Position numbers and translations under genes: made by a program
Notes under the pieces: model-generated
Database searches by the model: none
Seen by the model: only the letters and a program-made list of their open reading frames with translations
Told to the model about the DNA's origin: nothing
Origin: Mantamonas sphyraenae STR306
Taxonomy: Eukaryota; Protista; CRuMs
Assembly: GCA_026936335.1 (NCBI GenBank)
Contig: JAPMXV010000015.1
Location: 248,001 to 312,000, forward strand
Direction of reading: 5' to 3'
Length of the DNA stretch: 64,000 bases
Shown here: one piece after another, positions 53,693 to 64,000 of the stretch
Numbering within the stretch: the first letter of the stretch is position 1
Layout of the letters: each line of letters begins with the position of its first letter

Positions 53693-56600
53693 ATGGGCGT
53701 TACCGGGAGCACGCGTGTGCTGTGGACACTGTGTGCGTTTCTGTGCGTGTGCACATGCAGTATGGGTGCGTGGACATGGCAGGAGAGCAGCTATGGAGTG
53801 TACCTGGACGATGCGGGGCGGGATGTTGCGCTTGCAAGCGACGGAACGTCGTTTCTTGCGGGAGTAACGCGCAGTGCGTTTCCAGGGAACACCAACATGG
53901 GTGGCGCGGACGCATACGTGATGCGTGTATCAGCCGATGGTACACGGGAATGGGTGCGTCAGTGGGGCAGCAGCCAGGACGAGACGGTGGAAGGAGTGGC
54001 GTTGTGTGGCGATGGAAGCGTGTTTGTGGTCATGACAGCCCTGGGGCCTGTGGATGGCCAGAGTTTTCTGGGTCAGGATGACATTGTGCTTACCAAATGG
54101 TATGGCAACGGCACAAAGGCATGGACATTGCAGTTTGGATCCAACAATCGGGATTTGGCTCGTGGCGTTGCCTGCGGTCACGTCAGCTATGACGCCTACG
54201 TGTGTGGAGAGTCCTCTGGGTCTCCGTTCACCGGAGCCGGTGGCGGTGGGGCTACCAACGGAGCCGACGGCTTTGTGACTCGAGTCTCACCTGAAGGTTC
54301 GGTGGTGTGGACCATGATGGTGGTGGGCGCCGACGCAGACACGGCCAACGCCGTGGCTGTGGACAGCACAGATACAAATGTGTACGTGGGAGGCCAGAGC
54401 AAGAACCAGAAGATCGATGATTTCACAGGATCATACGCAGGGGGCTCCTACGACGGATGGGTGGCGGCGTACGGGACGACCTTGGGCACATTCCAGTGGG
54501 GCCACATGGTGGGTTCTTCAGGGGATGACATGGTGCATGGGGTTACCGTGCCAGCGAGTGGAGGGGTGGTTGGGTGTGGGACAACGAGTGGGACGATTGG
54601 GACACCAAGCAACGCTGGGAACACGGATGCGTTTGTGACCAGGTACAACCAGACTGGGGTGCAGTGGCAACGGATGCTGGGATCGACACAAACGGACGAA
54701 GGACACGCATGTGTGGCGTCGGGAGTGGTTGTGTATGTGGCAGGCGACACAAGCGGATCGATGGGAGGACAGACGCAGGGCACAGGCACAGATGCATTTG
54801 TGAGCAAAGTGAGTGTGGTGGACGGAACACCTCAATGGACACGGCAGGTTGCTGTGTTTGGAACTGCGACTGGTTTGGGCATCGATGCCAATCTGGGACA
54901 AGTTGTTCTGGCAGGGAAGCAATCGCGCACACGGCCGTCACCAAACGACTTTCTGTGGGACGGGTATGTGCGCATGTGGTACAGCAATGGTACTCTGGGT
55001 TGGGAAGCCTCTGTGGGTCAGACTGAAGGGTACATGGACGACCGAGCACAGGCAGTGACAGTAGCCGCAGATGCAGGCGTGGTGCTTGGGGTTGGATATG
55101 CGGTGGGAGGCATGCCAACCACAGGGGCAGCGTCCAGCAAGGCCAACCCATGGGTCAGTTGGTTGCACCCTGACACGGGCATGCTGACACGAGCCGAAGA
55201 GGACGAAACCATCGACGCCCGGTCGTGGCTCCATGTGGGCATGCAGAGTGCTGACTATATGGTGCTGGCTGGAGAAGGTGGGTTCATTTGGGTGGGAGGC
55301 CAGGTCGATGGCACGCCAACAACCAATGTGGTGGTCAAACGAGTGCGTGTGAGCACGGGACTGATGGCATCGATCACCTCTCGACCGCTCGGGGCACTCG
55401 TTTCTGTCAACGGGGCGTGGTACACACAGAGCACAAATAAGGTCTACTTTGTGGGGTCGGCACCGAACACGCCGCCATTGCAGAGCCAAACCATGCTCGG
55501 GGGTTCCGATGGATTTGTGACGTCGTTCAACGTGGGCACAGAGTCCATTGAATGGACGCGCATCACCGGCTCTGCACAGGATGACTCTGCCGTGGCGGTG
55601 ACTGCGTCTTCGGATGGCGAGGCGGTGTTTGTTGTGGCAATGTCAAACGCAGGCGCTGGGACGGTGCATGGACAACCGACGGTGGGTGGATTTGACCCAT
55701 TTGTGGTGCGCTACCACAGCAACGGAACACGTGCGTGGGTGCGTCTGTGGGGAACCGCAGTCAACGACATACCCGGGGCAGTTGCACTGTCACCGGATGG
55801 CACACGTTTGTTCGTCGGAGGGAGAACAAGCGGAGTGATTGGCGACGAAGGAGGAATCAACGCAGGCGGGGATGACGCATGGGTGAGCATGTTGTGGGCA
55901 TCCAATGGGACATTGGCATGGACGCACCAGTACGGGTCGTCGGGAAGCGACAACGTGAATTCCATGTGGGCGACAGCACGTGGTGTGTTTGTGGCAGGCA
56001 CGACCGGGAACAGCATGCACGGGGCAACGCATCAGGGCCTGAACGATGTGTTTGTGCTCTTTGTGGCCAGGAACGCGTGAATGGACACGGCAGTGGGGTA
56101 CGGGCGCAAGTGACACGACCACAGGAGTGGCACTGGGCAACCGAGGCAACCTGGTGGTGAGTGGATACTCACGGGGTGTGTTCAACACCTCTCGCAATCT
56201 GGGCGGCACAGAGTCTTCGTTTGTGTCGTCGGTAGCGGTGCAGTGTGCGCCGGGAAGCGAATCAGCAGGGCAGGGGATGGGCCAGGACGATGTGGCGTGT
56301 GCGCAGTGTGTGGCAGGCAAGGCGAGCCTGGCATACGGGGAGGAGTGCCAAGCATGTGGCAAGGGCACGTACACAGGCACAGGAGGGCAGAGTGCATGCT
56401 CGGCGTGTGACGCAGGTACGTTTAACAATGTGACTGGGAGCACAGGGTGCACAGGATGTGGCATCGGCACATACAGTCCTTCAGGAGCGAGTGCGTGTGT
56501 GGACTGCCCCATGGGCTCGTTTGGCAACAGCAGTGCGTTGGGTGCATGTCTTTTGTGCCCACCCAACACGTACAACAACCAAACGGGCCAGACAAGTGAG

Positions 56601-59600
56601 ACCGCGTGTCTTGCTTGTCCTGCAAATGTGTCGAGTCTCGCGGGAAGTTCGTCGTGTGGCACGTGTCTCCATGGCTCAGTGACGAGGCCAGACAACAGCA
56701 CTGTGTGTGTGGAGTGTCCTTGGGTGGTGTGGCAAAACGGCGAGATGCCGCTTGTGCCACAGGGTTTGCTGGGTGTGCTGGGCTACTTTGAGCTGAACAG
56801 CACCGTGCCACCCGCCAACATGAGTGAGTCGGCACAAGTGACGCCTGGGATGGCGTACGATGGACGATGGCTGCAAACGACACTTGTGCCTGGGCCCATG
56901 GGCACGCGCAAGAGTCTGCCGCTGGCCAATTCGACGTGTGTGATTGACATTGCGTGGCAAGTGTACACACAGACGCAAGTGTGGCCAAATGTGGGCAATG
57001 GCACAGCAGGAGTGCGTGTGACCGTGTTGGGATCACGCCTGGAGAACCGCGGGGGTTTGCAGTGCCACGTGGGCACACAACAGGCTGTGGTGGTGTGGAT
57101 CAACACCACACAGGTGGACTGCGTATTGCCTGCGTTGACTGAAGGCACATACGAGGTGCGCCTGACAATGGATGGGGGCAAGACGTTTGCCAAAGGCAGT
57201 TGGTACCGCGTGGCAGTCGATGCGCGTGTGGACCAGCTCTTGCCTTCGCAGGTGCCTGTGTTGACACCCATCAATGCGACGCTGATCGGCTCTGGCTTTG
57301 TGGACACAGGAAGTCGCATGCGCGTGCGTGTAGGCACACGAGTGGTACCCCATCGCCTCGTGTCCTCTCAGGAGCTGATTGTGGTGCTTCCTTCCTTGTT
57401 TCAGAGTCGATACAAACTGCAGGTGACGTTCAACGACGGTGCAGACTGGCTGGCACCACCCACAAACTTGCGTGTGTTTGCACCCGAGGCAAGCGACCTG
57501 TTGCCGAGGGAGTTGCCTGAAGCAAAGGCCACTTCCCTGGTCATCCGTGGCTCGGGCTTTGTGGAGGTGTCCCGCCTGCTGGTGCGTATCGGGAGCAATC
57601 CCGTCATCGTGTTGCAAGGACAGCGCATGAGCGACACAGCCATCAATGTGACCACACCTGCGTTGAGCGAAGGCACGTACACGGTGGAGGTGAGCAACAA
57701 CAACGGCACATCCTTCACGGCACTCGTGGGTCAGACCCTGCGTGTGTACGCAGCTGGATCGTTCAACCGCACCGTGCCCAGTGCGACACCGGTGACAGGT
57801 GGGACATCGATGCGTTTGATGGGTGTGATTCCCAGTGTGCAGGATGTGCCACGAGTGCAGCTGCGAGACACGAATGGATGGGTCAGTGCAGGTGTGGCAG
57901 GGACACGGACAAGCACGGAACAGGTGACTGTGACGACACCCGCATACGGTGGCAACCTGGCACGACCTGTCACTGTGTCTGTGTGGTTTGCCAACAACGG
58001 ACAGGACTATGTGGACACGGGTCTGAGTGTGACAATCTACGACGCACCACAGGTGTTGGATGTGGCACCGCGTGCGAAGCAAAGCAGTGCATCCGTGGAA
58101 GTGACGATTACCGGAAGTGGGTTTGTGGACACGGGCAGCAGTGCGGTGGCTGTGCTGGGCAGCCCTGGGGCACAGGTTGTGTTTGCAGGAACGGTGTGTC
58201 GAGCACGCAGATGACGTTTGTGTCTGGGCTGTCGCATGCAGTGGGAACATACCCTGTGGGTGTGTCGCTGGATGGAGGACAGACAGTGAGTGGGGGTGCC
58301 GGTACAGCGGCAGTGACGTTCACAGTGACACCCGAGACGATTGCGTGTCCGCAAAACAGCGAAGCTGGCATTGGAGCGACGTCTGTGCAAGACTGTGTGT
58401 GCAAACCACTGTTCTTTTCGCCGACAGGAAATGGCGGTGTGGCGTGTGTGGCATGTCCAGCGAACGGCGTGTGTGCGGGCGGATTGAGTGCACCTGTGGC
58501 AGCCAACGGGTTCTACAGCACGGGCACAGGGAACCAGTACCAGTTTACGCGTTGTGCGGTTGCGAGTGCATGTGTGCTGTCGGGCAACGGGACAGTGTGT
58601 GCGACAGGGTACGAGGGCCTGTTGTGTGGCCAGTGTCAGAGTGGGTTCTTCCGTCTGGGAGACCGATGCCAAGCGTGCTCCGACGACCAACACTTCACTC
58701 TGGTGCTGTTTGTGGCCTTGTTTGTCGTGTACCTGTGGTTTGTGAAGCGACAGGTGAGGCAAACGAGCCGTGGCGTCATCACACTGGCCATCACGCACCT
58801 GCAGGTGATGGCAACGTTTGCAGAGTTTCGTCTGTCGTGGCCGGCAGAGGCGCAGGAGATCCTGGAAGTGTTTTCACTGAGCAACCTGAGTGTAGACACA
58901 CTTGCGCCTGAGTGTACGGTGACGAGTGTGTGGACGTACGAACACCGGTTCTGGATGACGATGGCGATGCCTGTGGTGGTGACGATTGGGCTGTTGTTGC
59001 GTGTGCTGCTGCAGGCCGGACACCACCGGTTTGTGGAGTCTGTGCGTGGAGAGATGTACTCTCGGTACCAATGGCTGGTGGGATTCCCGGATGCAACACG
59101 GAACAAGGTTGTGTATGCGCTGGATCTGCTGCGGTACAATGTGTTTTCGTCGCTGCTGACAGAGAGTGACCCTGTGGACGAGGAGACGTGGAGGCACGTG
59201 ATCAACGAGGCATTGTTCTCGTTGGGACTGCTGTACATCACACTCTGTGGACGTGTGCTGGAGGTGTTTGATTGCACACGGCTGGCCAACGGGCTGTCTG
59301 TGTTGGATGCACTGCCGACGGAGCAGTGCTGGGGCGGAGCAGGGACGATGCATGGACGACTGGTGCCAGCAGGGATTGTGTTTGGGGTGGTGTATGTGGT
59401 GGGGATCCCGCTGGCGTTCCTTGTGATCACGCTGAGTGGACGGGATGTGGAGAAGCGGCACGACGAGTCGTTCTCTGAGCGGTTCTCGTCGATCTACAAC
59501 AAGTACGACGAGCGGTTCTTCTGGTTTGAGGCTGTGGTGCTGTTGCGAAAGGTGGGGATTGTGTGTGTGCGGATCTTTGCGACGACGTTGCCTGCTGTGC

Positions 59601-60304
59601 AAGGGGTGGGAGGGATGATTGTGCTGGGTGCAGCGACACTGGTGCAGTATGCGTACAAACCGTACCGCACCAGGGCACAGAACTGGCTCGAAAGTGTCAT
59701 GTTTGCTCAGTCACAGGTGATTCTGGGATTGGGTGTGCTGTTCCACAGCGAATCGCTGGTCAACCCGCTGATCAACGAAGCCTGGGAGGTGATGGCAGTC
59801 GGAGCTGTGTACTCTGTGCTGGTTGTGTTTGCACTGTTCTTTGTGCGTGACATCTACATCACGGTGGCAGACAAACGATTGGCGGCGCAGCAGGATGGGG
59901 CAGCACAATTGCTGTACCAAGACTTTCTGCGCCGTATTCACCGCTACGTGCGACCAGATTACCATCCACAGGTGGAAAAGATTGCTGTGCGAGAGCTGAA
60001 GGAGGCGGACATGCATGCCATGATGCGTGCGATGGACACAATGAGCAAAAGCAGCGAATCAAACACGACCAGCTTGGAGATGCAGGCGCTGCACCAAGCT
60101 TGTGTGCAAGTGGTGAAACCCAACCGAGTGCGAGTTGTGTTTGCCAAGCTTGCGGACAACACAGGCGTGTCTGAGAACAGAGAGGCCATGCGTGCCCTGA
60201 TTCTGGCTCTTGCGGACGGCGTGGTGGACTACAGAGCTGTGAAATCGGCGCAAGAGGAGAACAAAGCGGCAGGAGTGGATGCCATCGAACTGAAGGAAAT
60301 GTAG
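53693..60304 (+). CDS. Large surface receptor-like protein: signal peptide, SBBP-type beta-propellers, Cys-rich (ephrin-receptor-like) repeats, IPT/TIG domains, 7TM; frameshifts near 56070 and 58196
   Basis: Propeller repeats (DAFVxxYxxxGTxxWxRQxGS), CxxCxxGTY repeats, IPT strands and TM helices. The frameshift at 58196 corresponds to a G present in the inverted copy. Confidence 0.75.
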
Positions 60305-62955
60305 GGATTATGGTAAGTACTGGTACACTGTCTGCATCATCAATAGGCGCCATTGCCTGTCTTGACGCCGAGGCGGGTGATGAACTGCTTGGCGACGAGC
60401 TGGTCGTCGTCACAGAGCTCCTGGTTGAGGGCATAGGCGACCCATTGTGTAGCCACCGAAGGCTCAAAGGTGGCCACAATGGGATGATGGGTGGCGTCGA
60501 TGGCAGCCTCGGAGGGGCGCATGTCCTTGCGTCGGAGGACAGAAACGGCTTTCATGATGCGGTTGCGCTCGTCTTGGTCGAGATGTGCATCCGCATGCTT
60601 CTGCAGCTGGTCGTAATGGTCTGCACGGATAATGGTGGAGACATTCTCGAGGAACATGGCCATGTCGCTGTTGGACTGTTCACGGTTGTACGCGAGACGC
60701 GTGTCGTTTACGTACACGGCGATATCGCGGAGGAAGAACACACCGCAGACGGCAAACACGGAAAGGGTCAGGTAGAAGGCGATGCTGTTCCACAGGGAGA
60801 CGAGGCCTCCGTTTGTGAAGGAGCTGGTGTAGAAGAGGAGACCCATGGCGAGGAGAAGCAGCGACTGAACAAACATGACACTTTCGAGCCAGTTCTGTGC
60901 CCTGGTGCGGTACGGTTTGTACGCATACTGCACCAGTGTCGCTGCACCCAGCACAATCATCCCTCCCACCCCTTGCACAGCAGGCAACGTCGTCGCAAAG
61001 ATCCGCACACACACAATCCCCACCTTTCGCAACAGCACCACAGCTTCAAACCAGAAGAACCGCTCGTCGTACTTGTTGTAGATCGACGAGAACCGCTCAG
61101 AGAACGACTCGTCGTGTCGCTTCTCCACATCCCGTCCACTCAGCGTGATCACAAGGAACGCCAGCGGGATCCCCACCACATACACCACCCCAAACACAAT
61201 CCCTGCTGGCACCAGCCGTCCATGCATCGTCCCTGCTCCGCCCCAGCACTGCTCCGTCGGCAGTGCATCCAACACAGACAGCCCGTTGGCCAGCCGTGTG
61301 CAATCAAACACCTCCAGCACACGTCCACAGAGTGTGATGTACAGCAGCCCCAACGAGAACAATGCCTCGTTGATCACGTGCCTCCACGTCTCCTCGTCCA
61401 CAGGGTCACTCTCTGTCAGCAGCGACGAAAACACATTGTACCGCAGCAGATCCAGCGCATACACAACCTTGTTCCGTGTTGCATCCGGGAATCCCACCAG
61501 CCATTGGTACCGAGAGTACATCTCTCCACGCACAGACTCCACAAACCGGTGGTGCCCGGCCTGCAGCAGCACACGCAACAACAGCCCAACCGTCACCACC
61601 ACAGGCATCGCCATCGTCATCCAGAACCGGTGTTCGTACGTCCACACACTCGTCACCGTACACTCAGGCGCAAGTGTGTCCACACTCAGGTTGCTCAGTG
61701 AAAACACTTCCAGGATCTCCTGCGCCTCTGCCGGCCACGACAGACGAAACTCTGCAAACGTTGCCATCACCTGCAGGTGCGTGATGGCCAGTGTGATGAC
61801 GCCACGGCTCGTTTGTCTCACCTGTCGCTTCACAAACCACAGGTACACGACAAACAAGCCCACAAACAGCACCAGAGTGAAGTGTTGGTCGTCGGAGCAC
61901 GCTTGGCACCGGTCTCCCAGACGGAAGTACCCACTCTGACACTGGCCACACAACAGACCCTCGTACCCTGTCGCACACAGTGTCCCGTTGCCCGACAGCA
62001 CACATGCACTCGCAACCGCACAACGCGTAAACTGGTACTGGTTCCCTGTGCCCGTGCTGTAGAACCCGTTGGCTGCCACAGGTGCACTCAATCCGCCCGC
62101 ACACACGCCGTTCGGTGGACATGCCACACACGCCACACCGCCATTTCCAGTCGGCGAAAAGAACAGTGGTTTGCACACACAGTCTTGCACAGACGTCGCT
62201 CCAATGCCAGCTTCGCTGTTCTGCGGACACGCAATCGTCTCGGGTGTCACTGTGAACGTCACTGCCGCTGTACCCGCACCCCCACTCACTGTCTGTCCTC
62301 CATCCAGCGACACACCCACAGGGTATGTTCCCACTGCATGCGACAGCCCAGACACAAACGTCATCCGCGTGCTCGACACCACCGTTCCTGCAAACACAAC
62401 CTGTGCCCCAGGGCTGCCCAGCACAGCCACCGCACTGCTGCCCGTGTCCACAAACCCACTTCCGGTAATCGTCACTTCCACGGATGCACTGCTTCGTTTC
62501 GCAAGCGGTGCCACATTCACCACCTGTGGTGCGTCGTAGATTGTCACACTCAGACCCGTGTCCACATAGTCCTGTCCGTTGTTGGCAAACCACACAGACA
62601 CAGTGACAGGTCGTGCCAGGTTGCCACCGTATGCGGGTGTCGTCACAGTCACCTGTTCCGTGCTTGTCCGTGTCCCTGCCACACCTGCACTGACCCATCC
62701 ATTCGTGTCTCGCAGCTGCACTCGTGGCACATCCTGCACACTGGGAATCACACCCATCAACCGCATCGATGTCCCACCTGTCACCGGTGTCGCACTGGGC
62801 AACGTGCGGTTGAACGATCCAGCTGCGTACACACGCAGGGTCTGACCCACGAGTGCCGTGAAGGATGTGCCGTTGTTGTTGCTCACCTCCACCGTGTACG
62901 TGCCTTCGCTCAACGCAGGTGTGGTCACATTGATGGCTGTGTCGCTCATGCGCTG
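57621..62955. repeat. Inverted repeat: arms 57621-59712 and 60863-62955, 1.15-kb spacer
   Basis: The arms are near-identical reverse complements from QRMSDTAINV to NWLESVMF. Confidence 0.93.
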
Positions 62956-64000
62956 CGCCTGTAGAATGGCCGTTCCAATGCGCACGACAGGGAGGGAGAA
63001 GCCAACAAAGCCCGCGCCAGAAAGGACGATGGCGGTGGGTGTGTTGGAAGGGATGGCGTTGGGGGAGAAGCTCTCGGTCTTGGGGTCGATGATGTCCACC
63101 GAGAGTTGGGTGTCTTGAAAGTCGACGCCGTTCAGGGCGAGGGAGATGGGCAAGGTGCCCGGGGTGGAGACGGGTGCCAGCTGAAAGGTGAGGGTTGTGG
63201 GAGAGACGTAGGTGGCAGGCATGGTGATGGTACCAATGGACACAGTGGCCGAGGTGAGGTTGGCAAACCCTGTGCCTGTGAGGGTGACGGGGAAGCTGGT
63301 CAAGGTAGGGCCACGTGTGGGGTTGATTCCCGTCAAGGATGCGTTGTAGAAGGTAAAGGAAGCCACCTGCGTCCAGCTGTGCAGTGGAATGAAGCGGATG
63401 CGAACATCCACAGTGACAGGAAGACCCGTGAGTGCTGTTGCGACTGGGGTGGTGAGTTGGATGCGAGAAGAAGAGAGCAGGAATCCGGGTGTCCATGCAG
63501 ACGTCCATCCTTGGGACGGATAGCCAAACTCCACCTCAATGGAGGCTGGGCGGATGGGGTCAAAGGTGCCTCGGAGCTCCAGGGAACGGCCGTTTGCAAT
63601 GGGACCCGAGGCGGGCCACACTTGAGTGATGATTGGCTTGGCAATACGGCGCAGGGTGGCGCGGCCGTGGAAGGTGCGTCCGTTGTCGTTGGAGATTGAG
63701 TAGGCAGCGTCTGTGCCGGCGGGCACCTCGGCAGAGAGGACCACTCCGTTGGAGACGAGAGAGAGGACATCGTTGCCCACACGGACTCGGATGCGATCGG
63801 CATGTGGGTAGATGTCGGTCAGAAAGGGCACAAGGTATATGGTGTCACCTGGGGCCACTATCTCAGCCAGGGCGGGCGGATCGAGGACAATGGCCTGGGG
63901 AATGGTGATGGTGGCGCCATGCAAGTTGACCACAAGTGTGTTTGTGCCCATGGTTGCGTTGACTGGGTCGATGTGAAGGTTGGGGCCAGCCACAGAGTGT
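60340..64000 (-). CDS. IPT/TIG-Cys-rich-7TM receptor-like paralog, 5' end outside window
   Basis: ORF of more than 1200 aa with IPT domains and the same 7TM region as the convergent gene. Confidence 0.8.
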   Translation of the reverse strand, partial: HSVAGPNLHIDPVNATMGTNTLVVNLHGATITIPQAIVLDPPALAEIVAPGDTIYLVPFLTDIYPHADRIRVRVGNDVLSLVSNGVVLSAEVPAGTDAAYSISNDNGRTFHGRATLRRIAKPIITQVWPASGPIANGRSLELRGTFDPIRPASIEVEFGYPSQGWTSAWTPGFLLSSSRIQLTTPVATALTGLPVTVDVRIRFIPLHSWTQVASFTFYNASLTGINPTRGPTLTSFPVTLTGTGFANLTSATVSIGTITMPATYVSPTTLTFQLAPVSTPGTLPISLALNGVDFQDTQLSVDIIDPKTESFSPNAIPSNTPTAIVLSGAGFVGFSLPVVRIGTAILQAQRMSDTAINVTTPALSEGTYTVEVSNNNGTSFTALVGQTLRVYAAGSFNRTLPSATPVTGGTSMRLMGVIPSVQDVPRVQLRDTNGWVSAGVAGTRTSTEQVTVTTPAYGGNLARPVTVSVWFANNGQDYVDTGLSVTIYDAPQVVNVAPLAKRSSASVEVTITGSGFVDTGSSAVAVLGSPGAQVVFAGTVVSSTRMTFVSGLSHAVGTYPVGVSLDGGQTVSGGAGTAAVTFTVTPETIACPQNSEAGIGATSVQDCVCKPLFFSPTGNGGVACVACPPNGVCAGGLSAPVAANGFYSTGTGNQYQFTRCAVASACVLSGNGTLCATGYEGLLCGQCQSGYFRLGDRCQACSDDQHFTLVLFVGLFVVYLWFVKRQVRQTSRGVITLAITHLQVMATFAEFRLSWPAEAQEILEVFSLSNLSVDTLAPECTVTSVWTYEHRFWMTMAMPVVVTVGLLLRVLLQAGHHRFVESVRGEMYSRYQWLVGFPDATRNKVVYALDLLRYNVFSSLLTESDPVDEETWRHVINEALFSLGLLYITLCGRVLEVFDCTRLANGLSVLDALPTEQCWGGAGTMHGRLVPAGIVFGVVYVVGIPLAFLVITLSGRDVEKRHDESFSERFSSIYNKYDERFFWFEAVVLLRKVGIVCVRIFATTLPAVQGVGGMIVLGAATLVQYAYKPYRTRAQNWLESVMFVQSLLLLAMGLLFYTSSFTNGGLVSLWNSIAFYLTLSVFAVCGVFFLRDIAVYVNDTRLAYNREQSNSDMAMFLENVSTIIRADHYDQLQKHADAHLDQDERNRIMKAVSVLRRKDMRPSEAAIDATHHPIVATFEPSVATQWVAYALNQELCDDDQLVAKQFITRLGVKTGNGAY

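Noticed and set aside
34200-58200. Frameshifts in AP3M, the Mps1-like kinase, the EH gene and the receptor gene as pseudogenisation or recoding
   Set aside because: They fall mostly in homopolymers or repeats and include conserved housekeeping genes. Long-read indel error is the simplest explanation.
1-64000. Numerous long antisense and alternate-frame ORFs (Pro/Ser/His-rich or poly-Leu/Cys)
   Set aside because: Shadows of GC-rich, skewed or repetitive coding sequence with no independent motifs.

Overview
Gene-dense eukaryotic (probably protist) genomic DNA. It has GT-AG introns and (CA)n/(GT)n microsatellites, plus several single-base frameshifts that look like long-read indel errors. 1-29.3 kb is an apparently intronless accessory island dominated by a tandem family of ~570-600 aa proteins: RNI-like LRR, then an ankyrin-like segment, then a C-terminal F-box-like motif. 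These genes have near-zero or overlapping spacing. One copy is split by a 5,371-bp TA-flanked element (16235-21605) with imperfect TIRs. The element encodes an unusually large (1,500-1,680 aa) Fanzor/TnpB-type RNA-guided RuvC nuclease and a structured 3' segment that is a candidate omegaRNA. Removing the element and one TA restores the host ORF in frame. A matching TA-TT-AA-TA excision-like footprint interrupts an LRR-7TM gene at 5296-5303. 29.3-53.2 kb holds mostly intron-containing housekeeping genes: neurobeachin-like solenoid, AP-3 mu, PTPDC1-PH-PX, PH-PH-ankyrin, a Pan1/Eps15-like EH protein with large coding tandem repeats, taspase-1 and an Mps1-like kinase. 53.7-64 kb holds two convergent IPT/TIG-Cys-rich-7TM receptor-like genes that share a ~2.1-kb inverted near-identical tract. 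All family calls come from motif recognition by eye; no database searches were run.
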